Shown here: positions 40,892 through 55,760 of the stretch, piece by piece
How the letters are laid out: the number at the start of each line of letters is the position of its first letter
How positions within the stretch are numbered: the first letter of the stretch is position 1
Origin: Paramecium tetraurelia
Taxonomy: Eukaryota
Assembly (NCBI GenBank): GCA_000165425.1
Contig: CT868352.1
Location: forward strand, 1 to 64,000
DNA length: 64,000 bases
Reading direction: 5' to 3'
The notes under the pieces: model-generated
What the model was told of the DNA's origin: nothing
The model's input: the letters and a program-made list of their open reading frames with translations, nothing else
Database searches by the model: none
Translations under genes and position numbers: made by a program

Positions 40892-41476
40892 TCAACATAT
40901 ATCATACTATCTTATTCCAACTTCTGCTTGACATGATGAACATCTATGAATTTTGTCTTGGCAATCAGGCATGACACAAGGAACCCAACAACATAATATT
41001 CTTTTGAGTATTAATTAATTTTATACCCAGTACATAGAAATAATAAGCATGAAACCATGTAGGTTCCTGCTCCAATCTCAGTTGTTACATTTGTAATGCC
41101 TTGGGTTTTGCAGACTGGACATATAATTTAAATAGGATAAGGTGCACCATTAGCATTAAACGAAGGAGGAGCATTAAATTGGCTGAATAATTATTAATAA
41201 TACTTTCCAATCACGGTTTATAAGTAGGGCGTTCCAACTTGAACTGGTTGAGCATACACATTGCTAACAATTGGCTTAAAAGGTATACAAATGACTTACC
41301 TGTCCATAAGTAACTTGCTAAGGCTATTGTCCATATTATTAATTTTGCTAAGTGTAATTAGGCTATTGATTCGGGATGAATTGTTGCTAGGGGTACTATT
41401 AGTGTGTTGTTGTGACTTCAAATGATTGTGTAGTAACAGCCCAATTTTATGTTTGATTTGGATCAGATTATTACAT
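40892..41476 (-). CDS. LITAF-domain (zf-LITAF-like) protein
   Basis: Q/P/Y-rich N-terminus, CPVC...hydrophobic stretch...CCWVPCVMPDCQDKIHRCSSC; 25- and 26-nt introns. Confidence 0.92.
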
Positions 41477-41507
41477 TTTTAATTTATTCTATAAAATTTA
41501 AATTAAA

Positions 41508-42453
41508 TCACTAACAAGTGAGTAATTCTAATGTCATGTCGTAACCCATGTAATTGGCATGATCAGATACAGATAAATCGACTAAATTAGCATTAGAGCA
41601 ACTGTCATCTTCTTTGAGACTGTCATTACATAATTAAACTCTAAAATCTATTAATTTATTACTTCTTGTGGATGACCAACAAAAAGTCCTTATAATAAGC
41701 TTCTTGGTTCACATGATGGAATCCTTAAATGAGTGCTGGAAGATGAGGAACTGGGTCGTGGTTATGAGTGACTCTATATTTGGGTCCTGGGAATAGTTGT
41801 TAGTTAACGTAAGTAAAGAAGTTCTTGTCACCAACTCTTGGGGATCCAAAAGTATAGAATTTGCTAATAGTAAATCCTCTCTGACATATATATAAAATAA
41901 TACCGTTGCCAAATACACCAGAGCGTGGTGAGCCAAAGCTCCTCCCAAACTATGGCCAGTAATGGTTATCTTGGCGAGGGGATACTTCTTGGTTAATGAT
42001 TTCAAGGTGGTCAAAACTTAATCTTAAATTCCCAGGAAAGAATAATAGAAACCTCTAAAATTATAGAAATACACTTTAAAAATACCTATGAACTTAACAA
42101 TTGTTGGGACAATAAGGATAATCGGTCTTAATGAAGTCAATATCCTCGATCCAATTAGTGATACTCCATGGCAAGGTTCCTCGGAAAACTAAATAGATTT
42201 CATCAGTTTCAGGATGATATGCACCGTATCCTGCATTCTCATTTGTTGCATTAATGAACATTGTAATATCAGTGATTGGTTTGAGTTCTTTGCATGGTTT
42301 GCCGCAGTTCCAATTCCTAATGTGTTGTTCGCTGCAATAACTTGCTGATGTTAAGTAAAACAAGTGTTTTGCAAACGGTTCGTCAAATGTGTTATACTCT
42401 ACTGTCTAATATGACAATACGATAACAAGACTTATCAGAAGGATTTTCTTCAT
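41508..42453 (-). CDS. Secreted class 3 lipase
   Basis: Signal peptide, LVFRGT, VHRGFY, ITGHSLGGALA nucleophile motif, FGSPRVG, DPVPHLP, terminal DHANYMG. Confidence 0.95.
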
Positions 42454-42877
42454 GACGTAATTTTATAATATAGAAAATAATCGAACTCATAATAACTAAA
42501 TATCCTTAATATTCATAATTAAATCGTAATATTAATAAAGATGACGATTTGTGAAATTCATCATAAAATGTTTATATTATCTTTGAATATTTTGTATGAA
42601 TAACTCTTATTTGATTTAGAATCCCTTTTCGTTCCTTCTCCAAAAATTTCCAATTTATCAAAAGAGTTCATCCCTACTTCTCAAGTAGAATGTTTAGAAC
42701 TGTTGGAAAAGATCTAAAACGAATATATTTGAATTTTCTATTTTTAGACATAAAATATCTAATTAATTTTGAGAATACTTTACTGAGAGTCAGAAGAGAA
42801 CATTCGATATCTTGACTTCAGATTTTTGTCATTTGAAATCTTGTAATATAAAATGAAAATATGTAGTAATTTAATCA

Positions 42878-44334
42878 TCATATAACAGCTTATTCTAGGT
42901 AATCAGCAAATTCACATTTCAATAGCTTTTAGGGGTCATCGTACTCTGAAAATCGTGGAATTTTTAAGTATTGCATATTAAATTCTCTAACATCTTTGAC
43001 ATTTTTGAATTGCATCAAGTATTATAGTAGAGATTTCAATTCCTACATTTTAAATAGATATTTACTTCATCCTATTTATTATCAATATATGGAATAATGG
43101 GAACTCCATTTTATATTTAATACAAATAAGAATGAGGAGCATTATCGATTAACAGCATGTCACTTAATTTTCTTGTTTTAAAAATACGCAGATCTTTGAT
43201 AAAATGTCCATCTTCAGTTGGAATACAATGCTCTCTATAAAATCTATGGGATATCAATTTTTTATCAGGATCCAAGTAATCAATAACTGCATTCGCATAA
43301 TAAGATTGCGAGGCAGTGAATATAATCAATTCAAAATGCCTGCTTAATTATTATAATAAATGAGAAGTGTATGGTCTGACATTTAAGGAAGCCTAAAAAT
43401 TAAAGAACTTGATACTTCCATAGTTTCACCGTCATGATTAATGTTTAATAATATATCTCCAGGAACTGAAATACTAGAATTACAATGCACAAGAGTTTCA
43501 TCTAGATCAAACAATAAGGTTTTCTTATTGACAGTCGGTAGAATTATACTCTACTTCACGGGGGTAACTTTAACTTTCTTCCCAATAATGATACCCTTTG
43601 TTTAAATGATGATACAATACTTGCATATTATGAATGAGATGCTCTTTGGCAGAATTGGACCCCTTTTGTTTGAATGCTTTGATAATAGATGAAATGTAAT
43701 ATATTTTTGGCAGATTGCTTGTATTATGATCAATTGAGACTCGTGTAGTTGTATTCTCTTTTTGATCCTAGGTTTTATTATTTCGTTATGTAATTGCATT
43801 GTCCAAATAAGAGGTTGGAATGCTGCTTTGTTGTTTTTTGCACGAGTTGAACTCTAGTTCTTTTACACTTTGAATAGATATTCCAGGTAATTCATTGGAG
43901 GAGTTGAATAATGGTTTTTTTGTAAAATTCAAAGAGCTCGTAACTGTCTATGCACTCTCGAATCTTTCTGTTGGTATTGATTAATTATATATGGGGGTTT
44001 TAGAAAATAACTATGTACTTTTTGTGAATACTCTTTGGTTTTACTCTTCCATGTTTAAGTACATGTAATTCTTGGATGTTGATTCTTTTTTTGAATTATT
44101 TTGGTTATTAGTATCATTCTTGATTGCAGGTCTTGAAAAGAGATTCTCTTGAGTAGGAGTTAATGAAAACATTCGGGCCGTAGTGTTTTCCTTATTTTCC
44201 TTATTTTTTAATCCAAAAGTGGTTTTGGCTGGGAACTCTGAGCCATTGAGTTTTCCTGCTAGATTTAGAAATGATTTTTATTCAAGTGAGTTGATTAATG
44301 ACGTTTCTCTGGTGGAACTATTCCTACGAAGCAT
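42878..44334 (-). CDS. NIF/FCP1-SCP family HAD phosphatase
   Basis: KKTLLFDLDETLVHC, VRPY, IIFTASQSYYANAVIDYLDP, IKDLRI, LIDN motifs after a low-complexity N-terminus. Confidence 0.93.
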
Positions 44335-44386
44335 TAAAGAATAAAAACTCGTTAATATTTAATTAATAAATTATATTCTTTTATAA

Positions 44387-45564
44387 ATGAGAGTAACACA
44401 ACCTGTGGGGATTGTATAAATGACTAATATTGCAATCATTAAATATCGTACTAACAACAACTAAAAATTCGAAATAGCCTGCTATAAAAATAAAGCTATA
44501 AATTGGAGAAATGGTGTTGAGAAAGATTTAAAGTATAAACTCACAATATAATTAGTGATGTTCTCTAAGTCTATGAGGTATTCACAAATGCCACAAAAGG
44601 AGACGTTGCATCAGGAAAAGAGTTATTAAATTGCTTTTAAACAAATAATAAGGATCAGATTATTAAAATAATCTTGCAAAAGGGAGACCTTCAAGTAGGA
44701 GATAAGGAAAGAGAAGCCTAATTGGAGCATTATTATAGGGACATAGTCAAATTCATATAGGAAAAATGTATCCATGCCATATCTGGTAGACAACTTACAC
44801 AATAATCAATTGAGTATGCGATTTCGAAGGTGTAATTTGTTGTCAAGACTGATAAGCCTGTTAAATTATAGGCTTTGCAATGCATTAAAAAACTTAAGGA
44901 GAGTTTTTTCATTCAAAGAGCTCCAATGAAAGTATCCATCTCATTTATTGATGAATAAATGGAATTGGTGCATATGATGTTAGAAGAACTAGGACTCTAT
45001 GATATTGATCAATAGAACAATAAATTCATTTTTATGATTGATCCTAAATTATTTAGAACTTTGTCAAATAGAGTTAATGAAAAATAATTTAAAAGCACTT
45101 TAGAGGTAATTGAAGCAGCAATTAAATAATAAATTGATGGAATTGATAACATAGCCCAAGTTGAGTTGTAATAGAGATTACAATAATTGTAAATCTCTGA
45201 CTCAGAGGAATCTGATGATGAATAATATTAAAAGTAAAAAGATAAAAGCCTCAAAAAAAATAAGCAATAAAAAAAGCAATAAATTCAATAATAGTAACAT
45301 ATGAAAAAGTAAGTTGAAGAGGATGAGTAGAATCAATTAAAATAAATTTAATAGTAATAACAAAGAGAAAATGCAATAAGTGATATGATTAAACAATTTA
45401 AGTGTACTTAATGTTTGATCTCGTTTGATACTAATCAATAATTTAGATAGCATTATAAAACAAATTGGCATCTCTATAATAGTAAGTTTAAATAAAGTGG
45501 AAAGATATGTTTATCTTATAAGAAGTTCTAGGATAGTTAATTCTAATTTAAAATGTTCAAATGA
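44387..45564 (+). CDS. SBDS: Ribosome maturation protein SBDS/Sdo1 with C-terminal C2H2 zinc finger
   Basis: MRVTQPVGIVQMTNIAIIKY...KFEIACYKNKAINWRNGVEKDL; C-terminal FKCTQC...FRQHYKTNWHLYN. Confidence 0.95.
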
Positions 45565-45648
45565 GATTATCAAGTTAATTAATTCTCTATTTATATAATA
45601 TTTTTAATACCTATTTCAATATTTTTACAATTATTATTATTTAATAAA

Positions 45649-47182
45649 ATGGTTCTTGAAATTGATGTAAAAATCCTAAAAAGTAAGGAAACTTTGTTGG
45701 AAATGCTTCCTAAATTATATGAAATTCTCCAAACAGGAAGGACCTTAACAATTTCTTGGCCTAAAAATCAAAAAGACATCTATTAAGAACATTTCAAAGA
45801 AAATCAAAAGATCAAGAATTCAACTCAATATCAGATTCTTCTTAATTTAGTAGATGCAACATTACCCTATCCAGATCTATAAAGCAAGATGTAATTTCAA
45901 TATTATTCTGTTTAGAATTGTAACTCTTGCCTTATATCATGTGGAGCAAAAGCAATGTCTTGAAGTTTTGAAGTATGTCAAGAGACTATCTCAAATGAAA
46001 ATACCTTAATCTCTTAGATAACAATACCTTTTTGCATTGAAATATTTAAAAACAAATGTTAATGAGATCCAAGAAATTGATTAAGTATAAATAATTATTG
46101 ATATATTGCTCTACGAAAATTAAATATCCAAAGAGGAACTCAAGCAATTCTATGTATCATTTATTTTATTAAATATTCTAAGGAACAAAAGAAAATAGAT
46201 ATTGAAAAAAATGAATAAGTTAATATATGGTTTGTTGAGCAAATTTGGAATTACGAAAAGAATAATTTTAAACTATTAGATATATTATTTCAATACTATA
46301 CTAATTAAAATAATCATCAAAAGGCAGAATAGATATTCATATCCTATGCAAATAAATAGTACCCATAACAAATTGGATTGGATTAAATATAAGGCAAATT
46401 TGAGTTATGTAAAAAGGAGTATGAATAAAATATAATTGAAATTGATACTTTGTCTACTATTTTTGAAGATAAAAATCCGACTGATGAATCCTTACTTTTA
46501 CAATAGCAATCCTTATAATCTATTACGAGATTCATTGAACTGAAATAAAAAGTGGGCTGTCCAATAATTGACATGGTCTATTTATATTAAAAATAAGCAC
46601 AGATTCAGAAATCAAAATCAGATGTGGATTCAGCCATAAAGACACTTATGCATTGTTTGGAATTAATTAAAGCTGAAAAGCTAGTTAATTATAATGCCAG
46701 AATAATTTTATTAGAATCTCTGTGTTATGATCAACTGGGAGATTATTAGAGAATCAAGAATTTGTTATAGGAGGCTCTCTAATCCTTTTAGGACTCGAAT
46801 ATTTTAAAAGAAGAAATTAAGGATAAATGTGATCCGAAAAAATTAATTTATACTAAAATGTACTTAGCCAGCACATATTATAAATTAAAAAACTTAGAAA
46901 AATCTCTGGAAGTCTTTTATTAGGTTTTAAAGATATAATTGCATGTAATTTTTCATTGTTTTATGATAGGAAGACTATGAAAGTCATTTGATTGGTTCTA
47001 CCTAAAACAACATTGCTTCGATTTTATTAAATTAAGGAAAGTTTTTAGAGGCGAAAGAAATGTGTGAATAGGCCATTGATAACATAGGTAAAAAGTTCAC
47101 AGACTCAGATCCTGTAATGAAGAAAGTTAAGCAACTTAAGGAGAAGATAGATGTATCAGTATCTTCACAAAAAACTTAATGA
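45649..47182 (+). CDS. TPR-like helical repeat protein
   Basis: Repeats such as LASTYYKLKNLEKSLEVFYQVLKI and IASILLNQGKFLEAKEMCEQAI; three tiny introns. Confidence 0.65.
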
Positions 47183-47432
47183 ATGATACTATATTGATAT
47201 TAATTTTATTTGTTGTTTAACATGATTAATTAATGAAAATTTATGTTGTTGTATGATGCCAACAATTACCCATATTTTAATTTAGATTTTAGTTATTACA
47301 CAATGTCCAATAAAATATTGAATATCTCAAAAATATTAAAACAAATTTAGATTATATAATTCATATTTTAAATAACTATATCTGTTCAATCAATTACTCA
47401 ATTGAAAATATAATTAATTAATTAAAGTGTGA

Positions 47433-50400
47433 ATGGAATTAATAATCAACTAAATTACTCTATTCGTTCAAGGCTCTCTAATTTTAGAATAATTCATTTG
47501 GAGTTTGCCTTTGATCATAAATTTCACTTTGGGAGTCATGAATGAACTACAAAATATTGCTTATATTAATATATTGTCTACTAAAAAGCTATTCAGTACA
47601 GCATCTGAAATGGAGTTAATTACAATAGTATCTAGACCCAATACATTAATACAAAATTCGACCCTACTCTCTTATATTCCCTTGACATTTTTATGTATAC
47701 TTGTGCTTTGTTGCATTTGCTTCATTTTTATAGTGAAAGGTAGATCATAAAATTTAGTCATTGATTTATAAATAGCCTTTAACACTAACATTTATATAAA
47801 GGTACTTTTTATATTTGTAAATGTCTCAATCAATATAATCAAATACGCATTTGGATACATCTTGTTGGACATATGCTTTTAGACGATCAAACAAAACATT
47901 AATGATGTTGTGCTTGTGTCCTTAAATTTAGTAGTCATTTTAGGAATATCTACTTTAATTGTCTTCTTTACGAACATGTTTTCATATAATTGGGCCTTGG
48001 ACTTTTAAAGAGAACACATGATGATCAATGAATCCAATCTAACTTATTGTCGGATAGGAATCAAATTTCTCTAACTATCCTTTATGTTATATATTCAAGA
48101 TGACAAATTGTTTTTAATTACATCATTACTCCTACCTATAATATCATCAATAATATAAATATATTAAATGTAAAAACAAAAACAATTAATCTATGGACAT
48201 TATTATCGAGTAATTTTGGCTATTAATCTAATAGAAATAACATTGTGCTTGCAATACCTACTGCACGAACTATTTCCTTAATATAAATTTTAAGAAATTT
48301 GGATGCTTCTGCATATTTTACCATTTTGTTATTTCCAAAATTAAATTAAAATGGATATATAAAAACATTTTATAAATTTCTAGAATTCCAGTATTGAAGA
48401 TTGCAATTTGGTTCTATTTTAAATCATATACAATATCACCAGATAGAAGAGCAGTTTTAATTAGTAGATAATTTATTTGTTGTTTCTCTAAAAACACACT
48501 AAAGAGTGTTACGATATTGAGTGTACATGCAAAAAACGATTGATATCACAGAATTTTTAGTAAATCTCTCACGAAATCTACTTTAAGGAACTTTTATCTC
48601 TATATGAAAGATAGATTTCGACAATGTCATTTACTTGCACCTCAAATCAAGTAGTCTTTAGTTATTTACAACTTTTATTTTTTCAGAAGCAATACCTTCT
48701 TGTCTACCAGTACTTCCAAATAATATTTCAAAAATCTAATAGGATAAATTTTCAAAATTAAATTTTAATGTCCAACAATTACACCATCAACAAGAAAGTA
48801 TTCAAAATAGATTAGCTACATAAAATTGTAGTACTAAAAGTGGCTTAAGATTTGATGAGATTAGATATCGCATAATAATTACAAAACTAAAAGAATACTA
48901 CATTGAGTGAATCATAAAAAAATCATGCTGCCATTAAAGAATACTTGGAATAAGAAAGTCAATGTTTTTAAATTAAAAATATTCTAAATCAAGTAGTACA
49001 ATATAAAATCAATTATTTGGAGAAAGTAAACTCTAATTCGACCAAACAAAACCTCGAGAAACTAGCATATCAGTCAATCTAACATCAGATAGTCGGCTTA
49101 TAAAAATTAAAGGTTTGCTTTAAAAAAACATCAGGTATTATATCTTTTTATTTTATAGATTAGAAATAACAAAATATTCTAATGTTCTACTATATGGAAA
49201 TTTTAAATGATATGATTTCTTCGTCAAATCAAAATTCATCTAATAATAGTAATGAAGAAATCAATTTTAAATTCAATAATGAATTTTTGACGACTGAATT
49301 TTCCAGTATGTTAATTCAAATAAACAACAAGGAAAACATTAAAATTCTTAAATGTAAATATAATCAATTCGACAGATTTGATAAATTAGAAATTTTCAAC
49401 TTTTAAGATATGATACCTAATTATATTTAGCTTTCTCATATGAGATTGATTGAAAATTTTATTGCAGGACAGCAAAATAAATTTTATCAATAAATTAATG
49501 AATCTTATATTTAAGTATCTTCGTGTTTGTGTAAGAAGATAGATTTGTTAATGGATTTGAGTTAATTAAATCTAACTTCTATTGAGATGGTTGTATTTTT
49601 CAGAAAAAAAAAGGATAATTCTTATACTATTTTCCTCGATGATACAAAAAAAATCATTAATATTGATGAAGACCTTTTTAGTGATGTATTAAAAATTGAC
49701 GGAGTTTTCTCTCAATACTTTATAGGCTTGGATGTGAAAATTATTTTTGAGAATATTGACTAGTTAAAATAGGATTAAATTTATAGCCAATAAACCTTTT
49801 ATTTTGTAGACCCAAATAAAATACATTCATCCTATTTAACCAAATAATAGCCACTTAAAGTTCAATCCTTATGGAATAATTAGTAATCTTTGATATGCTA
49901 TCAGTGTGAGTTATTGATTTCTTAAAAAGGAAATGACTTTGGTTCATTTTATTATGAACTTATAATAAAAAATCCAAAACGCAGTTACAATAATGGAGAT
50001 ACTTATATTTCTTAATTTAAGCAATCAGAAAATATCATTTCTATTACTCCTATTGATGAATCAATTGTAGTTGATAAACCGCTTTTGCTAGAAGAGAGTT
50101 TGCACGATGAAAAGTTATATAGTTAATAATTCATATAAAAATCTGAATTAGCATATTAAAATTTGATTTAATCGGATATTTAATAGGATGAATAATTGGT
50201 GATGATGAAAAATATTGACGAAGAGTATAATATAAGTTAGGAATTGGATGTTAATACAACTAAGAAAAAACAAAGAAATTAGAAGCTTAAAACTGAAGGC
50301 GTATCTTCTCAATAATCTGTTATTTCAGCTATGCAAAAATCCATATATTATCGATAATTTAGTTTAGTGAATGATGTTGCAAAATCATATAAAGTCCCTT

Positions 50401-52226
50401 AGATTTTTAGGAGAATGATATATTTCAGACTATTCTTAATTATTATTTCCTTAGTTGGATTTAGCTTGGTAATTCTTTTTATTATATTCCTAGTTTTTAT
50501 ACTAAATAGATTTGTTTCATCATTTCGAAGAGGATTTCAAATTATTAAGCATGAAAAACGATATATTTTATCCAATTTTGTCTTTTCAGCTTATACGTTT
50601 GTCTATTGTGAATTATAATGTCGAACTCTATTATAAGCTAGTAACTTAATAGTAATATTTGGAATTATTAATTTATCCAAAATCCAAGCTAATTGGAAGT
50701 TATGACAAATTAAAAGAGAGAATCTCAACAATCTTATCTGAACCTCTTTTTTTTACCCTTTATCATGATTAACATTTAAATTTGGAATTTTTACATAATG
50801 GAAATATTGGGGAAATAAATGAGCTTGATCTTCGGAATAGTTTGATTACTCTATTGAATTATCAATTTGATACTTAAAATGCTTACATTGAAAATGGAGC
50901 AGCGGATTATGGAAGTTCGTACTTTTATTATAGTTACAAGAATTTGCCTAACTTATTGAAGGCATTTACAGATGCTAATTAAATAGCCTTTGAGACCTCT
51001 CAATAAAGGTAAGATGATTCTTAGTAGAAAATCTTAGTAATATTTTTTGTTTTCCTTTTCTTCTTTATTTTGATCTAGTTAATTATAACATTTTCGAATA
51101 TACTATTTTAAATATAAAAAGAAAAGCTCAAGCTCTTACTTTTGAATTAGGATTAAAATTACGTAAATTTAGAAATACAAAGATTATCTTTATTATAAGA
51201 GTTGATTGATAGGAATTACTCTTAAATTCAAAATTACAAACTAAATTTTTAAGATAAAGATGAGTATTTTGGAAAAATTAAGACTATATGCACTCAACAT
51301 TCCAGATAATAATTTAAGAAGCATACTGTAGTCGCTTAATATTATAATCCAAAAGGGATTTTACTTACATTAACCCATTTTGCTATTTTGGCGTTGGTAT
51401 TCATCATTTTCACTGTTAAAATCTCTGGTTCATACACAAAAATAAAAAGGACTGGATAACTATATGAAGTGTTTGCTACCTTAAATGTGAATTTGTTAAG
51501 TTTATATTAATCGAGAGAAGTTCTGTATTATAAAGTAGCTTTACCCTTTTTAAATTCTACGGATTTGGAAAAATTTTATAAAATCTCATAAGAAGGATTG
51601 GCAGGGTTGGAAGAGTATATTGATCAATAATGGTTATTTTAATCCAATAGTTATTTCTTTGATTCGGATTTTCTTAGTCTAATGGATAGGTTTAGTAATG
51701 GAAATTTATGCGTTGAACTATAAGTAATTTTGCTTATCATTTAACTTAGGCTATTGATGAATCTTTAAATATTTGTAACACTACTCTCAATGGAGTATTA
51801 CAAAAAGGAATTTCATCTGCATTGATCGATATAAAAAATCAGATAAAGACTGAATTTGAATAGACTAATTTTACGATTAGATCAAATTACCCGATTTTAG
51901 AGTTAGAAGGAATTTCCATTTTGAGTTATGGCTTATCGTACTTAATAGATAAATTTATTGAAGATTTAACTTCTTATAATAGTTCTTTAGAAATAAATTA
52001 TAATGTAAGATATCAATATTATATGATTTAGATTATAATGGTAATTTGTTTATGCATTTCAGTATTAAATGGGTTAATTTTACTAAAGCTTGATTAGATA
52101 ATTTAATTGAGAAATTATAAACTATTGACGAAATTTATATTTTCTGTTCCCTTGGCATCAATTTTATTTGATGACAATTTTTTAAGGAACACAAGAAGTT
52201 ATTTTGTGAATGAAAGGTTGATATGA
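47433..52226 (+). CDS. Large multi-pass membrane protein, ciliate PAS-containing (TmcB/TmcC-like) family
   Basis: N-terminal TM bundle, PAS-like DMIPNYIQLSHMRLIENFIAG, S-rich SSQQSVIS linker, C-terminal TMs ending FIFSVPLASILFDDNFLR. Confidence 0.75.
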
Positions 52227-52397
52227 ATTTAAATTTGTTTATTTTTAATAATTTATTAATTTGAAAAAGTTATTGATGGAAATTTTGATTTAACAAATAA
52301 AGATTATTTTATTTGACAGTCCCCTATAAATCAGAGGACATAAATATTAATATTGAATAACATTTAAATAAGTATTTAATAAATAAATTAACTGTTA

Positions 52398-53581
52398 ATG
52401 AGTTAAACCAGCTTGATAGCTTATTCTGATAGGGAAATTGAGTCATCTCTTAAGGATTTATTAGAGAGGATTTTGATCTAACTGGAGAAATACATTGAGA
52501 ATAAAAATGATTTAAACGAAGTTGAATAAGAGCTAAAAGATTATGAAGATTAGTCTTAATTAGTAAACATTATAAAAATCATCTTCACTAATCTAATGCT
52601 AAAAATCGAGAGGAAAATCAGGTAAGAATTCAAATATATGAAAGGAAATTAGAAAACAGCATAGATCCAATTACGTCATCATAAAGTATAAGAGTAGAGG
52701 ATGAATATGAAAAATTGGAGTAATCAATCATCAAATAAGAGAGCGAGATAAGGAATCACATTAGGGTATGAAGTAAATATGATTTGAACTTAGTTAGAAC
52801 AATAATTGAAATTACAAGCTGAATCTATTTAATAAAAATTAGAAGACAGTGAAGCAACAAGAAGTGAGTTATTAGAAACCACAAAAATGATGATGAATGT
52901 ATATTGAATTCATATAATATATGTTAGAATTTGAAAAGAGAGAATCAAAAGTATTATGAAGAAAATCAATTTTTGTAAGCTGAAATAGTATCTTACAAAG
53001 AAAAAATTTAATTGCTGGAGTTCGAACAATAAAAGAGAACCATTGAACTTGATCATTTCGACTATAAGGTTTAGCAACAACCCAGAAATACGCAATAAAT
53101 AAAAGGGATGATTTAAAGAAAGCCAAATGATAAAGAAATAAATAAGATGATTTCTCACTCTTAACATAAACTCAGCAGTCAATTCTAAGAAAGCACTGAC
53201 TATCCAACTTAATCTTAAGGGTCTTTGAATTAAAACTATTTCAATATTTTGCAATTTGAATAGAATCACCAAAATCATTCATTGCATTAGTCAATTAATC
53301 ATTAATAGGAATATAACAAAGGCTATCAAATGAAGCACAACTCGATTTGTTCAATAAATGATTTGCAATATTAAAATGTGATTAAAAATATTAAGACACA
53401 CGTAGGAAATTATACTGTCTCAAAAAATAATTCTTAAAATTCAAGCATATTACAGAAAAACATTCATTGTAAATACCAATAATCTATTTTAGCAAATATT
53501 TAAACATAACCCAGAAGCAGAAGTGGGAGTTTGAGGAGGAACATCTATTAAAAATAGAAGACCTCTATTCATTAATGTTGA
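52398..53581 (+). CDS. Hypothetical coiled-coil protein (EIRNHIRLEQQLKL motif)
   Basis: ATG 52398, tiny introns, coiled coil then low-complexity tail to TGA 53579-53581. Confidence 0.7.
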
Positions 53582-53719
53582 GAAGTGACGGTGAATCATT
53601 TATTGATTAAAGCTTTGTAATTATTATATATTTATGAGCTCATAGAATTGGAATCATATAAATTTAATTTAATTCATAATATTTAAACTTATTTTTATTC
53701 AATAATTAACATAAATATT

Positions 53720-54324
53720 ATGATTAAGGCATTTGCTTAGAATTATTTCAAATCCTTATCAGAAAGCATCTACTACGGATTTGCCACAAAGATGCAAGCC
53801 AGTTCAACCTAAAAAACTAAAGATTCTGCAGGAAGAAGATTGGGAGTAAAGAAATTTGGAGGAGAGGAAGTGTTTCCAAATGATATTTTAATCAGACAAA
53901 GAGGTTTTAGATGGAAGCCAGGATAGAATACTTCAGTGGGAAAAGATCACACTATTCACTCTAAAGTTGAGGTATGCTGCTGTCATAACTAATTATAAAG
54001 GGTATCGTGCATTTCAGAAGAGATCCTTATAAGTTTAAGAAAACATTTTATGTTGATGTTGTTCCAAGAGAAAATCCAAATAGAACTCATTATCCTCCAC
54101 CACCATACAGTTATCATCCTGAATTGTTTCCTGAGTTGGCAAAGAATAATCCTGAACCACTTGTTTTATTGAAAAAAAGCGAAGAGAAAGTGGAAGTCTA
54201 AATCAAATAACAAGGCTTTAAAATATCAGCAAAATAATATAAACCCATTGAAGTCCCAATTGATTATAAGCCTGAGTTTTAGCTTTCCAATTTGTAATAA
54301 TAGTTGAGTATTAATAAATAGTGA
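53720..54324 (+). CDS. MRPL27: Mitochondrial ribosomal protein bL27m
   Basis: Presequence then [30 protein letters not shown]...[13 protein letters not shown]...[16 protein letters not shown]; 29-nt intron. Confidence 0.95.
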
Positions 54325-54798
54325 AAATTATAAATGCATATTAAAATATTCTAATACATAAATGAAAACACCCTTTAAAAGAATTTATAACACCTAATAT
54401 GAAGACAAAGGTATGAAAAAATATCCCAAAAGGAGCTGAAATTTAACAGGTTTCAAGGAGATCATTATTCCAACTAAAAAACAATTAAATTAAGTAGTGT
54501 TCTTAATTATTGTGCAACTATCAGATGTACTATCAAAGGAAGATTCAATTAAATTAAAGGTGTAAGTGACAGATATGAAGCCTTCGATATACTCATATTC
54601 AAGAGCTAATCTGTATTCGCAACATCCCAAATTATCTTTAGCAATTAGAAAATGCACCAGTTTTATATGAAAGGCTGATAATAAACTTAGTATGGATTGA
54701 TTCATTGCAGATGCAGTTACTAAAATAGTTAAACGTATTGAAATATATATATTTTCATTTACAACATTCTATTCATTAATTTATCTGTTAAATACAAT

Positions 54799-55438
54799 AT
54801 GTTTTAATATTCATAAGTAAGATAAATCATTACACTAGAGAGTACTCTAGCCAACCATAAGAGTTCCATCATAAATTCAATAATCTATTATTACTACGAC
54901 ATTTGAAAATCATCCTTAATTACAATCCACCAGAAAAGTTTAATAAAATATTGATCCAACTGCTTTGAACACATCCCCCATCAAAATTGTGAATAATAAA
55001 ACTCCTTTAAGTCCTAATATAATTGTGTATTCTTAAAACCCATACTCAATTACTCCCTAATAAATACCATCAAACATACGTTAAAATTTGACTCCAACTA
55101 AACATTTAAATGCAAATATGCCATAATAAAGAAACCTTACACCAACACGGATTATTCGTGACGGAGATCAAACTAGTAAAAATAAGCATAGCACCAAAAG
55201 TAAAGTACAAGCTGATTTTGGAACTCCTTCTCCAATTTAATAGCAAATGGATAAGGATGATGCAGAATTTTTGAATGAAAAATAATAGAGTTATTACAAT
55301 AATTTACAAGAATTGCTGATTTAATCAGAGTTTAAATTAAGCCAATTGGAATAAAAAAGTAGATAAATACAAGAGTAAAGAAAGAGGCTTCAATAGTAAT
55401 TTATATCCAAATCCCCCAAATTGGGAGCATTATTATGA
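54799..55438 (+). CDS. Hypothetical S/T-P-rich protein with C-terminal coiled coil
   Basis: 22-nt intron after codon 6; repeated NLTPTK/NLTPTR, TPLSP, TSPIK. Confidence 0.7.
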
Positions 55439-55760
55439 AACTAAATTTTGTTATTTATTTCTATATTAACTATATATACAATATTTTATTGATATTTATG
55501 CAAAATAATTTAAAGACTCTAATTTATTTATTCCAAAATAAATAAAATATTAAAAATAGATTAATATACTTTATATGGCAATTTTATCTTTAATTATAAT
55601 GATACTTTAATTTAAAATTTAAAAAAACTATGAATTACATAATTTGGATAGATTTATAATAAATAAATTAATCAAAATTTAGCATAGAAAGATTTACAAT
55701 ATAATAAAGGCAGTGAATATTTAAATGATTTAAGTATAATATTATACATTTTAATTTGTA

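Noticed and set aside
54360..54760. Possible small gene or remnant downstream of MRPL27
   Set aside because: Competing short frames on both strands with no recognisable motif; left unannotated.
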